Positions 8,601-17,812 of a stretch of DNA of 64,000 nucleotides are shown piece after piece. The DNA is from Cenarchaeum sp. GTDB taxonomy: Archaea; Thermoproteota; Nitrososphaeria; Nitrososphaerales; Nitrosopumilaceae. Where the stretch lies: positions 320,001 to 384,000 of the forward strand of contig CBDESU010000001.1 of NCBI GenBank assembly GCA_965242695.1. Direction: 5' to 3'. The translations under genes and the position numbers were made by a program. The notes below the pieces were generated by a model. It ran no database searches, was not told where the DNA came from, and saw only the letters and a list, made by a program, of their open reading frames with translations. Numbering within the stretch: position 1 is the stretch's first letter; each line of letters opens with the position of its first letter.

Positions 8601-11133
8601 GGGACAGCAGGAGCGAGGGCGGGCTCGACGGATCCTGCAGCATGACGCGCTCGTCGAATGCGACCGTAACGTTGATCATCGTCCCGGCAGAGTACGAGCC
8701 GTTCCCAATGGGGGAGGACACGCCGGCGACCGACGCCGGCCAGAGCCTGACGAGCTGGACGGCGTCGTCGTTTTGCGCGGCGATTAGCGAGTACGCGCGG
8801 CCGCCCGCCTTGAACACGGCGAGGCCGTCGGCGCCATCGAGGGCGTCGAATCCGCCTGGATCCCCGTCCTTGGCCGATCCCTCGGCTACGGGCGTTCCGT
8901 CCGGGTTGATGCGCATCAGCTGGATGCCATCGTCGGCGGCCGACGGCGCAAGGGCGTACGTCCAGCCGCCCATCTCGAACACCGCGGCGTTTGTCGAGCC
9001 ACCAATCGAGTCGAACCCGCCGGTTCCATTGACGGCCGAGCCCGCATTGGAGAGGGTGCCGTCGGGGTGGATGCGGGCGATCTGGACGGCTTTGTCGCCG
9101 GACGCGGTCACTACGGCGTGGGTGAGGCCACCGACCTCGAACACGGTGGCGGCGCCGGCATTGCCAAGCGTGTCGAATTCAGGCGTGTCGTCCACCGCCG
9201 TGGCGTTGACCGAGAGGGTGCCGTCGGGGTGGATGCTGACGAGCTGGATGATGCTGACATGGCGATTGCTGCTGGCGCCGGGCGAGGCCGCGAGGGCCCT
9301 TGGCGGGCCGTCGGCGTCGGCGGCGTCGCCAGACTTGATCACATTGACGGCGGCTACCCCGGTCAGGTTGAACATGTCGACTCCGTCCGACGCCGAGCCG
9401 TTGCGTGACAGGGTGCCGTTCGGGAGGATGTGGACTAGCTGGAGGCCGTTGTCGCCGTTGGCGGCAACGAGGGCATAGGTGCGGTCGTACGCCTCAAACA
9501 CGGATATGCCGGCTGCCCCGCCCAGCTTGTCAAACCCGCCTCCGGGGGAGGTCGCCGAGCTGTTGAGCATGAGGGCGCCGCCGGATCCGATATCGTACAG
9601 AGAGATGCTGTTGCCGGCCGATACGATGGCGCGGGGCAGGCCGCCCATCTCGAACGTGGTGACGTCTTCGGGTAGGTGCAGCCTGACGGTGGATCCTGTC
9701 CTATCTATGCCGCCAGGCGAGAGCGTACCGTCGGGGTGGATGCGGATCGCCTGGACGCCGCCAGGGTGATCAGAGCCGGTCTTTTCGTTGCGCGCCGCCA
9801 CCACGGCGTACGCGCCGCCGCCGTCCGTTTCGATCACATCGACTTCGATGGCTCCGTCTAGGGCGTCAAATCCGCCGACGCCGTCGGCGGCCGTGCCGTT
9901 GGCCTTCAGGACTGGGATGGGCCCTCCCAGTATCCCGATCGAGTTTGAGGCGGAGAGCGATCCCCTCTCTCCCGGCACGGGCAGCGGCAGGGTGGTCATG
10001 GCGGCATTGTCTGATACCTTGGAGATCGACCCGCCCTCCAACGACAGGGCGCCAGTGCCCGCATAGTCCAGGCTGTGCGCCTCGTCGCCGGCCCGCACCG
10101 TGTACTGGAACTCTAGGTCGGCCGTCCCGTTTCCCCCCGCGTAGGAGGCGTACCGGGGCGGCTCGGTGTCGAGCATGAGGCGCGGCTCGGTGTCGAGCAC
10201 GGCCTCCTTGTTAAGGGACACCGTAATGTCGACGATGCGGCCCGTGCCGTACGTCGCATCCCCGCCCGGCGACGAGACCGACAGTACGAACAGTGCAGTG
10301 TTGTCTATCGGGATGGGGCCCGAGCGGCCGAGCGAGCCGGATGCGGACAGGCTCAGGTTGGCCGGGTTGCCCGCCATGTCCTCGACGCCGCCGCCGGATG
10401 CGGCCAGCGCCATCGTGCCGTTGTACCTCACGTCCGCCGCGCTGTCCTCGCCCCGCACCTCGTACGCGAACGTGAGCGACTTTGTGTTGTTTCCCCCTGC
10501 ATAGGTGGCGTTGCGGAACTCTTCGCCGCCCAGGCTCAGCAGCAGCGCAGGCGCGGCGCCCGAGTGCACCACTACGGTCTCGTTGAAGTTGGCCCTGAAC
10601 TCGAGGCTGTCGCCCTCGCGGGCGTAGCCCCTGTCCGGCGGCGCGACGGTGATGTTTGCGACGCGCGGCGCGACGCCGTCGACGCGTATGTCGCTCTGGT
10701 TGGAGAGCGAGCCGGCCTCTCCCATGACAGGGAGTAGGCAGTTTATGCTATTGCCGGGGCCAGCTTCGAGCACGTTGAACGTATACTTCGGACCCGTACC
10801 TGATGAGGCATGGTGGGAGATCGACCAGTACAGCGCGTACCTTGAATGGTATTCCAGGTCGTCGGACTCGTCGCCTTCCTGCACCGTGTACGTGTATGCG
10901 ATTGTCGTGCCGAAGGCCGCGCTGCTGGCGTGCTCGCCAAACCGATCCTCGTCGCCCGTCTCCATCTTGATGCGGGTATGCGTCACTGTGTGAGCCTGGT
11001 GGGAGTCCCCGTTGAGAGAGGGGATCGTGACGATGATGCCTATGGTGTCGTTGATCCCGTACAGGCCGTCGTCCGAGGTAAATCTGATCGACGATAAGGC
11101 GGGGGTGCCCGTGGTATCGGCGCACGCGGCCAC
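5635..11133 (-). CDS. Giant adhesin-like surface protein (tandem Ig-like repeats, LVIVD-like beta-propeller, conserved C-terminal module); true start probably 11353 across a frameshift
   Basis: 1832-aa ORF. Repeated ~125-aa units VxSVSSPxxNGTYGxGxxINITVxF...FxYTVxxGD...ALxLxGGTIxDAAGN. Central repeats (VQLVxIHPDGTLS). In-frame Ala/Leu signal peptide at about 11160-11280. Confidence 0.88.
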   Translation of the reverse strand: MAACADTTGTPALSSIRFTSDDGLYGINDTIGIIVTIPSLNGDSHQAHTVTHTRIKMETGDEDRFGEHASSAAFGTTIAYTYTVQEGDESDDLEYHSRYALYWSISHHASSGTGPKYTFNVLEAGPGNSINCLLPVMGEAGSLSNQSDIRVDGVAPRVANITVAPPDRGYAREGDSLEFRANFNETVVVHSGAAPALLLSLGGEEFRNATYAGGNNTKSLTFAYEVRGEDSAADVRYNGTMALAASGGGVEDMAGNPANLSLSASGSLGRSGPIPIDNTALFVLSVSSPGGDATYGTGRIVDITVSLNKEAVLDTEPRLMLDTEPPRYASYAGGNGTADLEFQYTVRAGDEAHSLDYAGTGALSLEGGSISKVSDNAAMTTLPLPVPGERGSLSASNSIGILGGPIPVLKANGTAADGVGGFDALDGAIEVDVIETDGGGAYAVVAARNEKTGSDHPGGVQAIRIHPDGTLSPGGIDRTGSTVRLHLPEDVTTFEMGGLPRAIVSAGNSISLYDIGSGGALMLNSSATSPGGGFDKLGGAAGISVFEAYDRTYALVAANGDNGLQLVHILPNGTLSRNGSASDGVDMFNLTGVAAVNVIKSGDAADADGPPRALAASPGASSNRHVSIIQLVSIHPDGTLSVNATAVDDTPEFDTLGNAGAATVFEVGGLTHAVVTASGDKAVQIARIHPDGTLSNAGSAVNGTGGFDSIGGSTNAAVFEMGGWTYALAPSAADDGIQLMRINPDGTPVAEGSAKDGDPGGFDALDGADGLAVFKAGGRAYSLIAAQNDDAVQLVRLWPASVAGVSSPIGNGSYSAGTMINVTVAFDERVMLQDPSSPPSLLLSLEGEDRAAPYLSGNGTDTLVFNYTVMPGDAVPAAAAGLEYAHAGALASRGAITDLLGNAVDLELPAPGSPDSLGGARAIVPDTAAPRVESVSSPNANGTYGAGSKINITVSFDENVDVARDGAPSIALRMDDGTDRFAVYDEGGSAGMDMAFVYTVEGGDNAADLDYANTTALSPDGSIADAADNPASLTLPEPGMDGLLGDDDMPIRIDTAGPRAISAAESDPKGAPYRAGETVRIAVGFGEAVVLSDRASPSLRLALDGDATAAATYERQSGDMRTLVFNYTVQVGDGAGPLDYDGADALSLDSGTMTDAIGNGADLDLSGIEGEMSLAAAGIRIDTTAPSVEAVSSPNADRAYGIGSRINVTVLFDEAVHVTGSPRIELDTGAAAGMAAYDYGSGSRTLVFEYRVLPDDVADDLDYTGTGALTLNGGTIKDAAGNDADRMLPGPGEAGSLGHSRDIEIDTTMQSEDPPSVLRVFSADAGGTYGAGSAVNITVAFSGTVHVTGAPTLALSTEPARSAAYVEGSDGDSRLAFLYRVQSGDMADRLDYADSGALSLNGGTIRDASGRDADRMLPEPGSPDSLHASGIVIDGGGAGSNGGGGAGSNGGGGAGSNGGGVGGGADNATGNTATVVIGPDDAAVQANLTGRGNEVRVTINVTGLAGAGTAGGTVQFPPEGAAVTTSFASVQFPPGVTAMSVPPDGLLVLHVVAESDGGLPADPAVQGLAYDGSAVTLRRIVEIGDEGSTVTFSMPVRVQLEGQAGGRAFYIDGTDGSLVPIDDACGADDTVRVHRHLGGMGECRIDSSGDMVIYTYHLTRFGTVLSESGMPPPVDYTCSVSLWRQSLPIGDAALGGRSDPAEQRLINSGSAPFAGVGIEASPWRAGADGGSDSGGYPSLPAPAPGTSEGRASSALVARISATLPAGASEVSESGRIGDYAAVGADTAVAGGLGGGDVKPLWFRLNLAPYGSEVPVGTISQSITYSAQCILPQ

Positions 11134-11282
11134 GTCTGCCTCCGGAGCCGTGGGGTTCGCGTAGGCGGCGGGCGGCGCATCGGCTGCGGCCAGTGCGAGC
11201 GCGGCTGCGGCCAGTGCGAGCGCAGCAGCTGCGGCCGGGCGCCGGCCCCTGCTACTGGACTTTGCGCGGGGATGGCGCTCCG

Positions 11283-11293
11283 CCCCCCCCCCC
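11283..11293 (-). repeat. G11 homopolymer between the predicted start codon and signal peptide of the giant surface protein
   Basis: Eleven C on the + strand. G10 or G13 would fuse ATG 11353 to the 1832-aa frame. Confidence 0.8.
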
Positions 11294-11692
11294 TCTCAAG
11301 GCATGCCGTATCGATCGCCCCTGCGATGCCCCTGCAACCCGCACGTTCTGCATCTCTCCGATCGCCCGCAACTCGCAAGCGTCCGTATAAAAGAATGGCG
11401 GCGCGGGCGCGGGCGCGGGTGAGGTGCCGGCCGGACAGTCGCCGGGCGCAGGGCGCACGGGCCTGGCGCCGCATCGATGCGCCGCTGATCGGGGCGGCGG
11501 CTGCCTAGGCGCCGCGGCGCATGCGCGATCGGCCCGCCTCCGAGCCGAGTCGCGCCGTGGATGCCCCTGCATGCGGCGCGGGAGTGTGGTGGGCCGGCCC
11601 GTTCGCCCTGCGCGGCTGCGCGATCGCCCACAGGACGGCGCAGCGCGGGCGCAGGACGCGCCGCGCCCAGGCCCTGGCCTTGACAGCCCTTC

Positions 11693-14275
11693 TCACGCCC
11701 TTCCCTTTTCCCCTTTGGCCCCGCCGACCTCGGCCCCGTCAGCCGGCCACGGGCGGCAGAGCGACTCGATGACCTGCGCCGGCGTGAGAAGGCGCAGCGC
11801 CTGCCCACGGCCCGGAGGCCTGCCGGCGCGGCCCGCGGCCGCCTCTAGCGCAGGCGGGTCGGCTATCGATATACGGTACGACCCGTGGCCGACTCCTGCG
11901 CCGGCGAGCGTCTCGCCCACAACGGACGCGTCCCTCTCGCCAAACGCGACAAACCATACGGACATGCCGGCAGCGGCGCCCTTTTCGTAGTTGGCGATCA
12001 CCTGGTCGCGGTGCTTTGACGGCGATGCCTCTACCTCGACGGCGAGCACGTCGTCGGACCACGCGTCGGGATCGGCGGGCCGGCCGCCGGGCATTGCCAT
12101 TTTTGGCGGCTCGTACGGGGGCGGAGGGGGCTCGCGGCCGCCGCCCGCCCTGGCGGATTCGGCCCCGCCCTCCCCGGCACCCTCCGCCGCGGCCGGCTCG
12201 GCCGCAGCGGCCGCCGCGGCCGCGCGCAGCGGCGCCGCCTTTCGCCTCCCGGCCAGCCGGGCCGCGGCCTCTGTTGCGCGGCGCACGGCGGCCCTGCGGG
12301 CAGCGGCCTCGCGCGCAGTCGATGCGCCTGCCGCCGGCCGAAACGAGTGCACTACAATGTCCGGCCGCGTGCGCGCCGAGTCGCCGAGGTCCGGGACGGC
12401 ATAGTGGTGGTGCGCCCTCATCGCCGCGCATATCGACGAGATGGCGGCCCTATGCAGCCCGCCGCCGGCCCCGCGGCCAGAGAATGCGGACGAGTACAGC
12501 GACCTTACCGCCAGCGCAGTCTCGCTGTACATCTGTACCGTGCTGTCGAGCCTAGAGCCTACCGCGTATTCCGTCCGCGCGGATGCGTACCGCTCGTGGC
12601 CGGCAAGCGAGTCGGCAAGGGCCGATGCGGCGGCCCGCTCGTCCGTGCGGGCAAACGCAGAGCAGGCGGCCGCCGCAAGCGACGGGCCGGCGACCTCGCG
12701 CCCGCCTGCGGCATGCAGGACGCTGAGCAGAAAGTACTGGAGGGGCGGGAGGCGCGGCGAGGCCGCCGCGGCCGCGCCGGCGGCCGCCCTGCCGGCCCCG
12801 CGGGCGGCGCCGAACGAGCCGGCGGCCCGCAGCGGCGCCGGCATTCCGTGCGCCTCTAGGCTGAGGCGCGCCGTCTCCCTCCACCTTGATGCCACCTCCA
12901 GGTGGCGCGTCATCCCTACTCCGGACACCTGCCGCGAGCCGTGCGAGTAGGCGGCGAACCTGTGGCGGCCGAGCCTGCCGAGCTCGGCCTCGCCGAGCGG
13001 CATGCTCCTTGCAAGGACGGAGGCGGTCCGGCGGTCGCACCGGAACATCGCGATGCACCGGAACAGGTCGTCGAGCTCGCCGGCGAGGCTGCCCCCGAGC
13101 ACCCCGACGGACTGCGTCGCCACGGTCGCCTTCATGCCGTACTTGCGCACGCCGTTGAGCAGGTCGCGCACCACGTCGGGCGCGAACATGTGCACCTCGT
13201 CGATGTACACGTTGAACGGCGTGCGGCGGGCCTCGCCGAGGTCGAACCGTATGCGGTTCTCTAGCCCGAACATGCCGATGATCAGGGTCCCCATGAACTC
13301 TACGATGTCTGGCGTCGATGCCGACCCGAGGTCGACGACGACGAACCTGCCGCGCTCGATGCACTCGCGTATGCTGACCGACGACCTGGCAGACGAGAAC
13401 ATGGCCGCCACGGGCGGCGTGCTTATGATCTTGTCGAACTTGTTGTACACGGCGCCGGCCGCCTCGGAGGAGAACCTCGGGTACACGGACGCCCAAAAGT
13501 CGCGCACGGACGGGTCGGAGCACGAGCGGAGCGCCTCGGCGCGCCGCTCCTCGTCGTACAGGACGGAGACGAGGTCCAGGAAGCGGAACTCGCCTGGCGT
13601 CGACATGACGAGGCCCATCAGGTTGCGCAGTATGGCCTCTAGGCGGTGGCCCCAGCCGCTCGCAAAGTACTGCCTGAGGCTCGATACGGCGCCGGCCGCG
13701 CGTATGTACCGCTCGTGCTCGGTGCGGCTCTCGAGGGGGTTTATGCAGACCGTACGGCCGAACTGGTACATCGAGGCGAGCGATATGTACACGACGCGCC
13801 CGCGCATCGACGGCGGCACGAGCGAGAGGACCTCGCGCGCAAAGTCGCGGTGCGGGTCGACGAGCAAAAACCCCGTCCCGCGCGCAATGTCCTGCATTAT
13901 GAGGAGGCGCATGATCGACGTCTTGCCGGACCCGACCTCGCCGAACACGGCGATGTTCTGGCGGTCGCTCTCGGGTATGGCGAACAGCTCGGGGCGCCCC
14001 TCCGTTCCGCCGCCGGGAGCCTCTACGTAGCCGAGCGCCGTCGTCTCGCGGCTTGTGCGCGATGCGTCGAATGCGGGCGCGGCATCGGGGGGTGCGGGCC
14101 GCGGCCCGTCGTTTTCCGCGGCGGGCCGTCCCCGGGGCGGGGCGGCCGGGCCGCGGCCGGGGCCGCTCCCGGCCGGGCGGCGCCGAATGGCGGGCAGAAG
14201 GGCCCAGCCCGCGCCGCAGGCGGCGCCCGCGGCCGCCGCCGCGGCAAGAATACCGGCGGCATCGAGCGGCAGCAT
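11693..14275 (-). CDS. VirD4/TraD/HerA-family (DUF87-like) ATPase with N-terminal membrane anchor and C-terminal wHTH + PD-(D/E)xK-like region
   Basis: Walker A GEVGSGKT, LLVDPHRD, Walker B VYIDEVHMF, RKYG..ATQ. C-terminal RPDIVV...LAVEVE. Confidence 0.85.
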   Translation of the reverse strand: MLPLDAAGILAAAAAAGAACGAGWALLPAIRRRPAGSGPGRGPAAPPRGRPAAENDGPRPAPPDAAPAFDASRTSRETTALGYVEAPGGGTEGRPELFAIPESDRQNIAVFGEVGSGKTSIMRLLIMQDIARGTGFLLVDPHRDFAREVLSLVPPSMRGRVVYISLASMYQFGRTVCINPLESRTEHERYIRAAGAVSSLRQYFASGWGHRLEAILRNLMGLVMSTPGEFRFLDLVSVLYDEERRAEALRSCSDPSVRDFWASVYPRFSSEAAGAVYNKFDKIISTPPVAAMFSSARSSVSIRECIERGRFVVVDLGSASTPDIVEFMGTLIIGMFGLENRIRFDLGEARRTPFNVYIDEVHMFAPDVVRDLLNGVRKYGMKATVATQSVGVLGGSLAGELDDLFRCIAMFRCDRRTASVLARSMPLGEAELGRLGRHRFAAYSHGSRQVSGVGMTRHLEVASRWRETARLSLEAHGMPAPLRAAGSFGAARGAGRAAAGAAAAASPRLPPLQYFLLSVLHAAGGREVAGPSLAAAACSAFARTDERAAASALADSLAGHERYASARTEYAVGSRLDSTVQMYSETALAVRSLYSSAFSGRGAGGGLHRAAISSICAAMRAHHHYAVPDLGDSARTRPDIVVHSFRPAAGASTAREAAARRAAVRRATEAAARLAGRRKAAPLRAAAAAAAAEPAAAEGAGEGGAESARAGGGREPPPPPYEPPKMAMPGGRPADPDAWSDDVLAVEVEASPSKHRDQVIANYEKGAAAGMSVWFVAFGERDASVVGETLAGAGVGHGSYRISIADPPALEAAAGRAGRPPGRGQALRLLTPAQVIESLCRPWPADGAEVGGAKGEKGRA

Positions 14276-14284
14276 CCGGATCCC

Positions 14285-14773
14285 CTACGGGAGCGCCTCG
14301 ATCGCGAGGAGCTGCGCGTCGAACCTGGCAAGGCGGCGGTATGCATCGTCCGTAATGCAGATCTGCTCGCGGCCGCGCTTGGCGGCCAGGCCGCGCGCGA
14401 CAAGGCATGCCGCGGCCGAGCGCATGCGGGACGGCGACCTGCCGGCAAGGAGCGGCAGGAGGGCCGAGTACGAGACGGGCACGTCGATCGGCAGGGGCCG
14501 GGCATCGGGGGCGCTCGCGGCCGCGGCGGCGGCCCGCTCGATCCGCCTGCGGAATGTATACAGGAACGAGAGGATGCGCATCTCGAGGACGGGCACGCCG
14601 AGCATGGCGGCCATGTACGCGGCCTCGCCGCGCCCGCTCAGGCGGCACTCCTCGTGCAGCATGCCGCGCCGGCGCAGCGCGGCCTTTTCGCGCGCGGACA
14701 GGTCCCCGCCGGCGCGGAGCCTTGCAGATGCGGCGTACCACGCCGAGCGGCGCAGCGTCCTGCGCGCCGTCAC
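14285..14773 (-). CDS. Hypothetical protein, possibly winged-helix DNA-binding
   Basis: Protein-like 3' part of ORF 14285..16108. The GTG start overlaps the TGA of the upstream gene. Confidence 0.6.
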   Translation of the reverse strand: MTARRTLRRSAWYAASARLRAGGDLSAREKAALRRRGMLHEECRLSGRGEAAYMAAMLGVPVLEMRILSFLYTFRRRIERAAAAAASAPDARPLPIDVPVSYSALLPLLAGRSPSRMRSAAACLVARGLAAKRGREQICITDDAYRRLARFDAQLLAIEALP

Positions 14774-15813
14774 TGCCCCCACTCCGCCGTACGCTCGAAC
14801 GGGGCGGCAGGATCGGCCGCGTCCGTGCGCGCGTTCGTAAACGTGCGGCCCGCGCCGGGCTGCGCCTGGAGCCCAAACATCGACGGCGGCAGGGCCAGGA
14901 CGGACGCCATCTCGGCCGGCGAGAGGACGGGGGCGGTCCCGCGCCCGACAAGGCGCGGCAGGCGGGCCGGCGGCTCGGCAAGCCCGGTGCTGCGGATGAG
15001 GGGGCCGCCCCTGTTCCCGCCCCCGGTTCGCAGGCGGCGCCGGCGGCACGGCACGAGCGAGTTTGGGCCCGATCCCGCATGCGCAAAGTTGATCGACGAT
15101 GCGAGCCGGCCCATGCCTCCGGGGCACGAGGCGAATATGCGGCACAAAAAGAACGGGCCGCCTGCCAGCTTTGCCGCGGCCAGGCGGTCCAGGACGGCTG
15201 CGGCGCCGGCCCTCTCGGCCCCGCGCCCGCCGGGGCCGCCGCTGCGCCGCCGCAGCGAGGCGGCCCTGCGGGCTAGCGCGCCCCGCCTGCCGGCCACTAC
15301 AGAGTCGGGCACGCGCCTGCCGGCCAGTCCGGCGACAAAGTCCGGCAGCTCGGCAGAGTGCGCGTACAGGAGGCACGGCTCGGGCGCGGTGCACAGCGGC
15401 ACGGCGCAGCTCTCGCGGAGGCGAAACTCGACCACCTCCGGACCGGCTCCGCCCGCAGACGGGGCCGCAGGCGGGCCGCCGTCCGCCGGCGAGACGTCCA
15501 CGTCGGGCAGCGACCGGATGTGGTGCGCCTCGTGCGGGGCGACGCCGAGGTGCAGCGAGACCGACCTGCCCGCCTTTGCCAGCACGATGCCGAACCGCGA
15601 GACGGCCGACGCGAGGGCCACCGTGCGGGCCGCATCCGCATCCTCGAACGCCGCCGCCGGGCGCGCCTCGAACCACGCCATCACGGCCCGACCACCGCCA
15701 GCAGGGCCGCCGAGGCGGCGCACGAGTGGGCCAGGACTGGGACGGACGGCGAGATGCGCCCGGCGTACCGGCTGCCGGGGCCCAAGAGGGGGCCGCCCCG
15801 CGGGCCCCGCCAC
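14770..15813 (-). CDS. Hypothetical protein resembling the N-terminal partner region of DUF87/VirD4-like ATPases
   Basis: 347-aa ORF within the operon. EFRL...VPL, FFLCRIF and LSPAEMASVLALPP motifs. Start uncertain. Confidence 0.6.
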   Translation of the reverse strand: MAGPAGRPPLGPRQPVRRAHLAVRPSPGPLVRRLGGPAGGGRAVMAWFEARPAAAFEDADAARTVALASAVSRFGIVLAKAGRSVSLHLGVAPHEAHHIRSLPDVDVSPADGGPPAAPSAGGAGPEVVEFRLRESCAVPLCTAPEPCLLYAHSAELPDFVAGLAGRRVPDSVVAGRRGALARRAASLRRRSGGPGGRGAERAGAAAVLDRLAAAKLAGGPFFLCRIFASCPGGMGRLASSINFAHAGSGPNSLVPCRRRRLRTGGGNRGGPLIRSTGLAEPPARLPRLVGRGTAPVLSPAEMASVLALPPSMFGLQAQPGAGRTFTNARTDAADPAAPFERTAEWGQ

Positions 15814-15843
15814 GCGGCGGGGATGCCGTCGCTACCGCCGTCG

Positions 15844-16503
15844 CTACCGCCGCCAATTCCGCTCGCGCCGCCCGTCCGCCGCCGCGGAACCGCCCCCCGC
15901 CGGTGCGGGCCGCGGCGCATACGCCCACCTGTCGCGGGCCGAGCGGCGCTTGGACGATACGAACGCGGCCGCCGCGCCGAGCCAGCCGCCTCCCCCTCCT
16001 GCCGCCGCGCCGCCCCCTGCACTGCCGCCTCCCGGCCCGCCGCGGCCTCGGCGGCCGATGCGGCCGCAAGAGTTCGACACGGCGCAGACTGCGACCGCGT
16101 GCACGCACGACGAGGCTACTGCGGCAAGGATTGACAGGACGGCAAGGTGCAGGCCCGCCGGGATCAGGACGGCAAACAGCGAGGAGAGTATGGCCCAGTC
16201 GGCCGTCCCGTACAGGCCGGCGAGCCGCAGCAGGCCGAGCATTGCGGCCGCCACGCCGGCCAGCATCGCCGGCGGCGCGATCTGGCCCATGTCGCCGCCG
16301 GCGCCGTACGCGGCGGCAAGGTGGGCTGCCGCCATCGCCGCCATTGCCAGCGTCAGGGCGTTGAGGGCCGAGCGCCAGCGCACCTCCTGGTACGAGGCGG
16401 CGCCGAGGGCGGCAAAGAACGCGCCGATCAGGACGGGATGGGCCGCCGCCCCTGCCGCCACGCCGGCCGCCGCAGCGGCGGCCGCCGCATCAGGGACGGT
16501 CAT
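15844..16503 (-). CDS. Prepilin peptidase (A24)-like membrane protein, divergent
   Basis: Several hydrophobic helices. ASYQEVRWR resembles the first motif xxxDLRxR and YGTADW resembles GGxD. The ATG overlaps the upstream TGA. Confidence 0.6.
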   Translation of the reverse strand: MTVPDAAAAAAAAGVAAGAAAHPVLIGAFFAALGAASYQEVRWRSALNALTLAMAAMAAAHLAAAYGAGGDMGQIAPPAMLAGVAAAMLGLLRLAGLYGTADWAILSSLFAVLIPAGLHLAVLSILAAVASSCVHAVAVCAVSNSCGRIGRRGRGGPGGGSAGGGAAAGGGGGWLGAAAAFVSSKRRSARDRWAYAPRPAPAGGGSAAADGRRERNWRR

Positions 16504-16868
16504 GCCTGTATCCTCCTCTTGCGGCCGCGCCCCGCCGGGCGCCGGCCGCGGTCGGCGGCGTACAGGACGACAAACGGGCCGTCCATTCCGCGCCGGCAGA
16601 GGTCGTCGGCCTTTTTGCGCAGCGCCTCGGCGCCGCCGGCCCTGACCACGCGCAGCGACGAGTCGTCGTCGAGGCGAAGGTAGTCGCGCTGGGCGCTTGG
16701 CAGCGCGTGTATGACCTCGGCCGGCTGGCGGCCTGCGCCGCCCCCGCCCCTGCCGCCGGGGCCCGGCTCTGGCGAGACGACGTAGCATCCGTCCCTGTCC
16801 TCGACGACCTCGCGCACGCCGCCCCTCAGGACGCAGTACCGCTTTTCGCATCCCGGGCAGCGGAACAT
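16500..16868 (-). CDS. Small zinc-finger protein
   Basis: MFRCPGCEKRYC... The ATG lies 3 bp after the stop of the upstream gene. Confidence 0.6.
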   Translation of the reverse strand: MFRCPGCEKRYCVLRGGVREVVEDRDGCYVVSPEPGPGGRGGGGAGRQPAEVIHALPSAQRDYLRLDDDSSLRVVRAGGAEALRKKADDLCRRGMDGPFVVLYAADRGRRPAGRGRKRRIQA

Positions 16869-16870
16869 GC

Positions 16871-17812
16871 TCAGGCGGGCCGCGCGGGACTCGGTCGCGG
16901 CGTCGGCGGCGGGGAGGCGCCGGCCGGGGAGGCGCCGGCCGGGGAGGCGGCGGCGCCGCCATCCTGCGCGCCGCCCCTGCCCTTCCCGCCGCCGCCGCTC
17001 CCTGCGCCGGCCGCGTCGGGCCGAAGGGTCGGCGGCAGGCGGGCGGCCCCCGCTTCTGTCGGCGCGCCGCCCTGCCCGGCATCCATCCCCGCGCTCTGGA
17101 GCAGGAGGCGGATCACGTCGGCACTGGGCCACGCAAAATGGCGCTGCCTGACGGCCTCGCACAGGCGCGCCGTCATGTCGGCAACGGCCACCTGCGACTC
17201 CTCGTCGAGGCGCGATACCGATATCAGGAACGGCAGGGGCGGGGCCTGCCGGACGCCGCACGCGTACACGCGGCGGACCATGTCCGAGAGGGCTGCGCGC
17301 GGGCGCTCGCCAAAGCCGAGCGAGACGGCCCGCTCCAGGTAGGGGCCAAGGTGCGCCCCGCCTACTCCGCCCTTCCCGTTGCCGCCCCGCAGGCGCCCGA
17401 CCGCCTCGGCGGCCGCGAACGGATCGATCGTGCCGTGCAGCGACGAGCGCGTCAGGTGCTCGCGCAGCGCAGCCTCGCCCCCGCCGCCTCCCACGCCCCT
17501 GCCGCCGCCTTCGACGATCCGTATCCCGACCCGCTCGGCCCCTGACTCCCGCGCCGCGTAGAGCACCTCGAGGTTGTCTACGGCCACAAGGCCGCGGCGG
17601 CCCCTGCCGCCGGCCGCGGCGGCGCGATCCTCCACGACGCACACAAAGTGCGAGCCGTTCGCGCCGCCCCTGCCGCCGCGCCGCAGCCTGCCCGCGACGA
17701 ACCCGACCGCATCGTCGTGGGGCACGGCCACCGTAATGCGGGGGTCGGACACGTCCGAGACGGGGGCCGTGCCGCCGCCGGCCGCGCCGGCCGCGCCGGA
17801 ATGCGGCGTCAT
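16871..17812 (-). CDS. ParB-like protein, divergent
   Basis: FVCVV...GLVAVDNLEVLYAARESGAERVGIRIV followed by HLTRSSLHGTIDPFAAAEAV, matching the ParB N-domain/helical layout without the canonical GxRR. Confidence 0.55.
   Translation of the reverse strand: MTPHSGAAGAAGGGTAPVSDVSDPRITVAVPHDDAVGFVAGRLRRGGRGGANGSHFVCVVEDRAAAAGGRGRRGLVAVDNLEVLYAARESGAERVGIRIVEGGGRGVGGGGGEAALREHLTRSSLHGTIDPFAAAEAVGRLRGGNGKGGVGGAHLGPYLERAVSLGFGERPRAALSDMVRRVYACGVRQAPPLPFLISVSRLDEESQVAVADMTARLCEAVRQRHFAWPSADVIRLLLQSAGMDAGQGGAPTEAGAARLPPTLRPDAAGAGSGGGGKGRGGAQDGGAAASPAGASPAGASPPPTPRPSPARPA

Noticed and set aside
12552-16645. 844-aa minus and 999-aa plus ORFs
   Set aside because: They overlap motif-bearing genes in other frames and translate to low-complexity sequence.
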